From contig CM120643.1 of assembly GCA_051362555.1 (NCBI GenBank), forward strand, positions 10,850,001-10,914,000: a stretch of 64,000 bases of DNA. The letters run 5' to 3'. The DNA is from Lingula anatina. Lineage: Eukaryota; Animalia; Brachiopoda. A model generated the notes under the pieces. It saw only the letters and a list, made by a program, of their open reading frames with translations, searched no databases and was not told the DNA's origin. Below are positions 62,340-64,000 of the stretch, in pieces; positions within the stretch are counted from its first letter, which is position 1, and each line of letters starts with the position of its first letter. The position numbers and the translations under genes were made by a program.

Positions 62340-62469
62340 AACTACCGGAGGCTGAGCGTGCACGAAAGTTAATTACCCCCTAGCTGATTCGGTAGGCGTG
62401 ACAGCCGCTTAAGTTGATAGCAATTTAGCGTGGATCCTGTTGGATCGATCTAGGGATGGGAACCCGGCC
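62340..62469. mobile_element. Partial MITE, same family as 32721-32933
   Basis: Shares cacgaaagttaattaccccc..gtaggcg and a ggatcgatcta..atgggaa..gcc end with that element. Confidence 0.5.
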
Positions 62470-64000
62470 AAATAATATATAATGTATAATATATAATGTA
62501 TAATGGGAAATCTATTTACTGTCTGTACACATATCTTTTATCGCAACATTAATAAGAGGATTCTCTTTTTGCATTCGATCTATCAGCGATTACAAGCGGT
62601 AGCAGCCGAAGCATTCCGATTGCCCAAATGTCAAAGTCAGATGAAAGAAGCAAAATTTAATTTGAATATTTAAAAACGTATGAAATAAGTTAAAAGTTAC
62701 TTGCTCCGACAATGTTGTTTTTCACAAGCAAGTGACTGCACCCTGGAACACGTGCAAATTGTTCATATGGTGCAAAGAGTAGGCCTTTATGGTAACAAAT
62801 GCTACAGTTCTAATATTGCATACTATATATCTGATTTGAGGTTAGGATCCGGACTGCATGATGACGTCATCCCGGACACCACCAGCGGTAGGGTGCCAAA
62901 AATAGCCAAGGTTTCTATCGAATGGGTGTTCGAATGTTTGCATAATTGCGCCTACCAATCTGTACGTTATGAAATATCAGGGCTTATCGTCACGTATTCT
63001 AACACTTGTGCAGCCTAAAGTGCTGAGTGGGCCTACATGTATATAGTATAAGTTCATACATGTCACATCCCTGAGTTACTACTGAAATCCCTTGTATTAT
63101 GCCAATGTCTGTGTGTTGCTTATCGGGAAGCGTTGATTCCCCACAGAATGACCCAGGTCTTGCTAATGTCGCGTTACATATCTACTTTGAATAATACATA
63201 AAATACTCTCTAATTTGTTTTAATAAAATGATACGTTCACGGCGTTGATACGTTTCGCAATGTAAACAAAGTACAACCCATACTAGCGCTACAGAAGACT
63301 TTTTGTAATATAATATACATTTGTATTCATCGTGCAGGTACTGCTCACATAGGCCTATTAGGGCACGCATGGTTCATATAAAACATCTTGCACATGCACG
63401 TTTACATGTACCTATATGTTAGAACAACCCCATGTACACGTAGGAGATGTTATCACTGCGTTTATGTATAGGTAATAACGGGTGATACATGTACCACACA
63501 CACACAGTAATAGGCGCTACTCTATGGTTCTTATCCATTTTGACTCGCAGCTAAACAGCAGGCTTAATGGCAAATATCCTTTGACCCAAATTCGGAAGAT
63601 AGGCCTAATACTTAAAGAGGTGACCCGCAACCGTCGCCTAAGGTTATCAGTAGCCTACTTGTACACTGAATTTTCATTATCCGACTCAATCTTGTTTGAT
63701 CACATTATTTCTTTCGCCACCAGTTTACCTCTTTTTGAAAGTGTGAATCGATTGCTTATAAAATTACAGAACATTAGAGTTTATAATTGGTTTTATCCAC
63801 TGTATTTAAAGTATTTATACATTGTGTTGCCAAAACATGACCGGGATATCTCCCCCTTGAGAGTTAATTCTGTCAATTGAGACACCATGACATTATTTTA
63901 ACATCATTAACGCACAGGTTTTGTAATTGGAAATCGTAGAAATTCACATTTTAGGAAGAACTAGGGCCTACATGTAAGCTGTTAGTCCCTTTTGCTTTCA

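Noticed and set aside
52000-64000. Numerous 60-130 aa ORFs in the distal region
   Set aside because: AT-rich, low-complexity translations with no homology cues or consistent splice-phase chain; treated as non-coding.

Overview
AT-rich, intron-rich animal (invertebrate, probably lophotrochozoan) nuclear DNA, not prokaryotic. In order: (1) a tandem pair of ~507-aa HHxxxDG CoA-dependent acyltransferase / stand-alone condensation-domain genes with intronless CDSs, a shared 5'-UTR intron and an odd basic amphipathic C-terminal tail; (2) MPPE1/PGAP5 on the minus strand (8 coding exons); (3) a single U2 snRNA gene wedged between the head-to-head MPPE1 and syntaxin-16 genes; (4) STX16 with several microexons, one a likely alternative 27-nt exon; (5) GTP-dependent PEPCK (11 coding exons), with nuclear-receptor-like motifs upstream and a duplicated H/ACA-snoRNA-like intronic segment; (6) a CACTG-ended non-autonomous transposon, a Penelope-type minimal hammerhead insertion with a 16-bp flanking direct repeat, and a single-coding-exon FMRFamide-receptor-like GPCR; (7) ~15 kb with no recognisable gene, holding MITEs and microsatellites. 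The best candidate for a novel system is the acyltransferase pair, a possible specialised-metabolite acylation locus. All exon structures were read by hand from splice signals and reading-frame continuity; no database searches were run.
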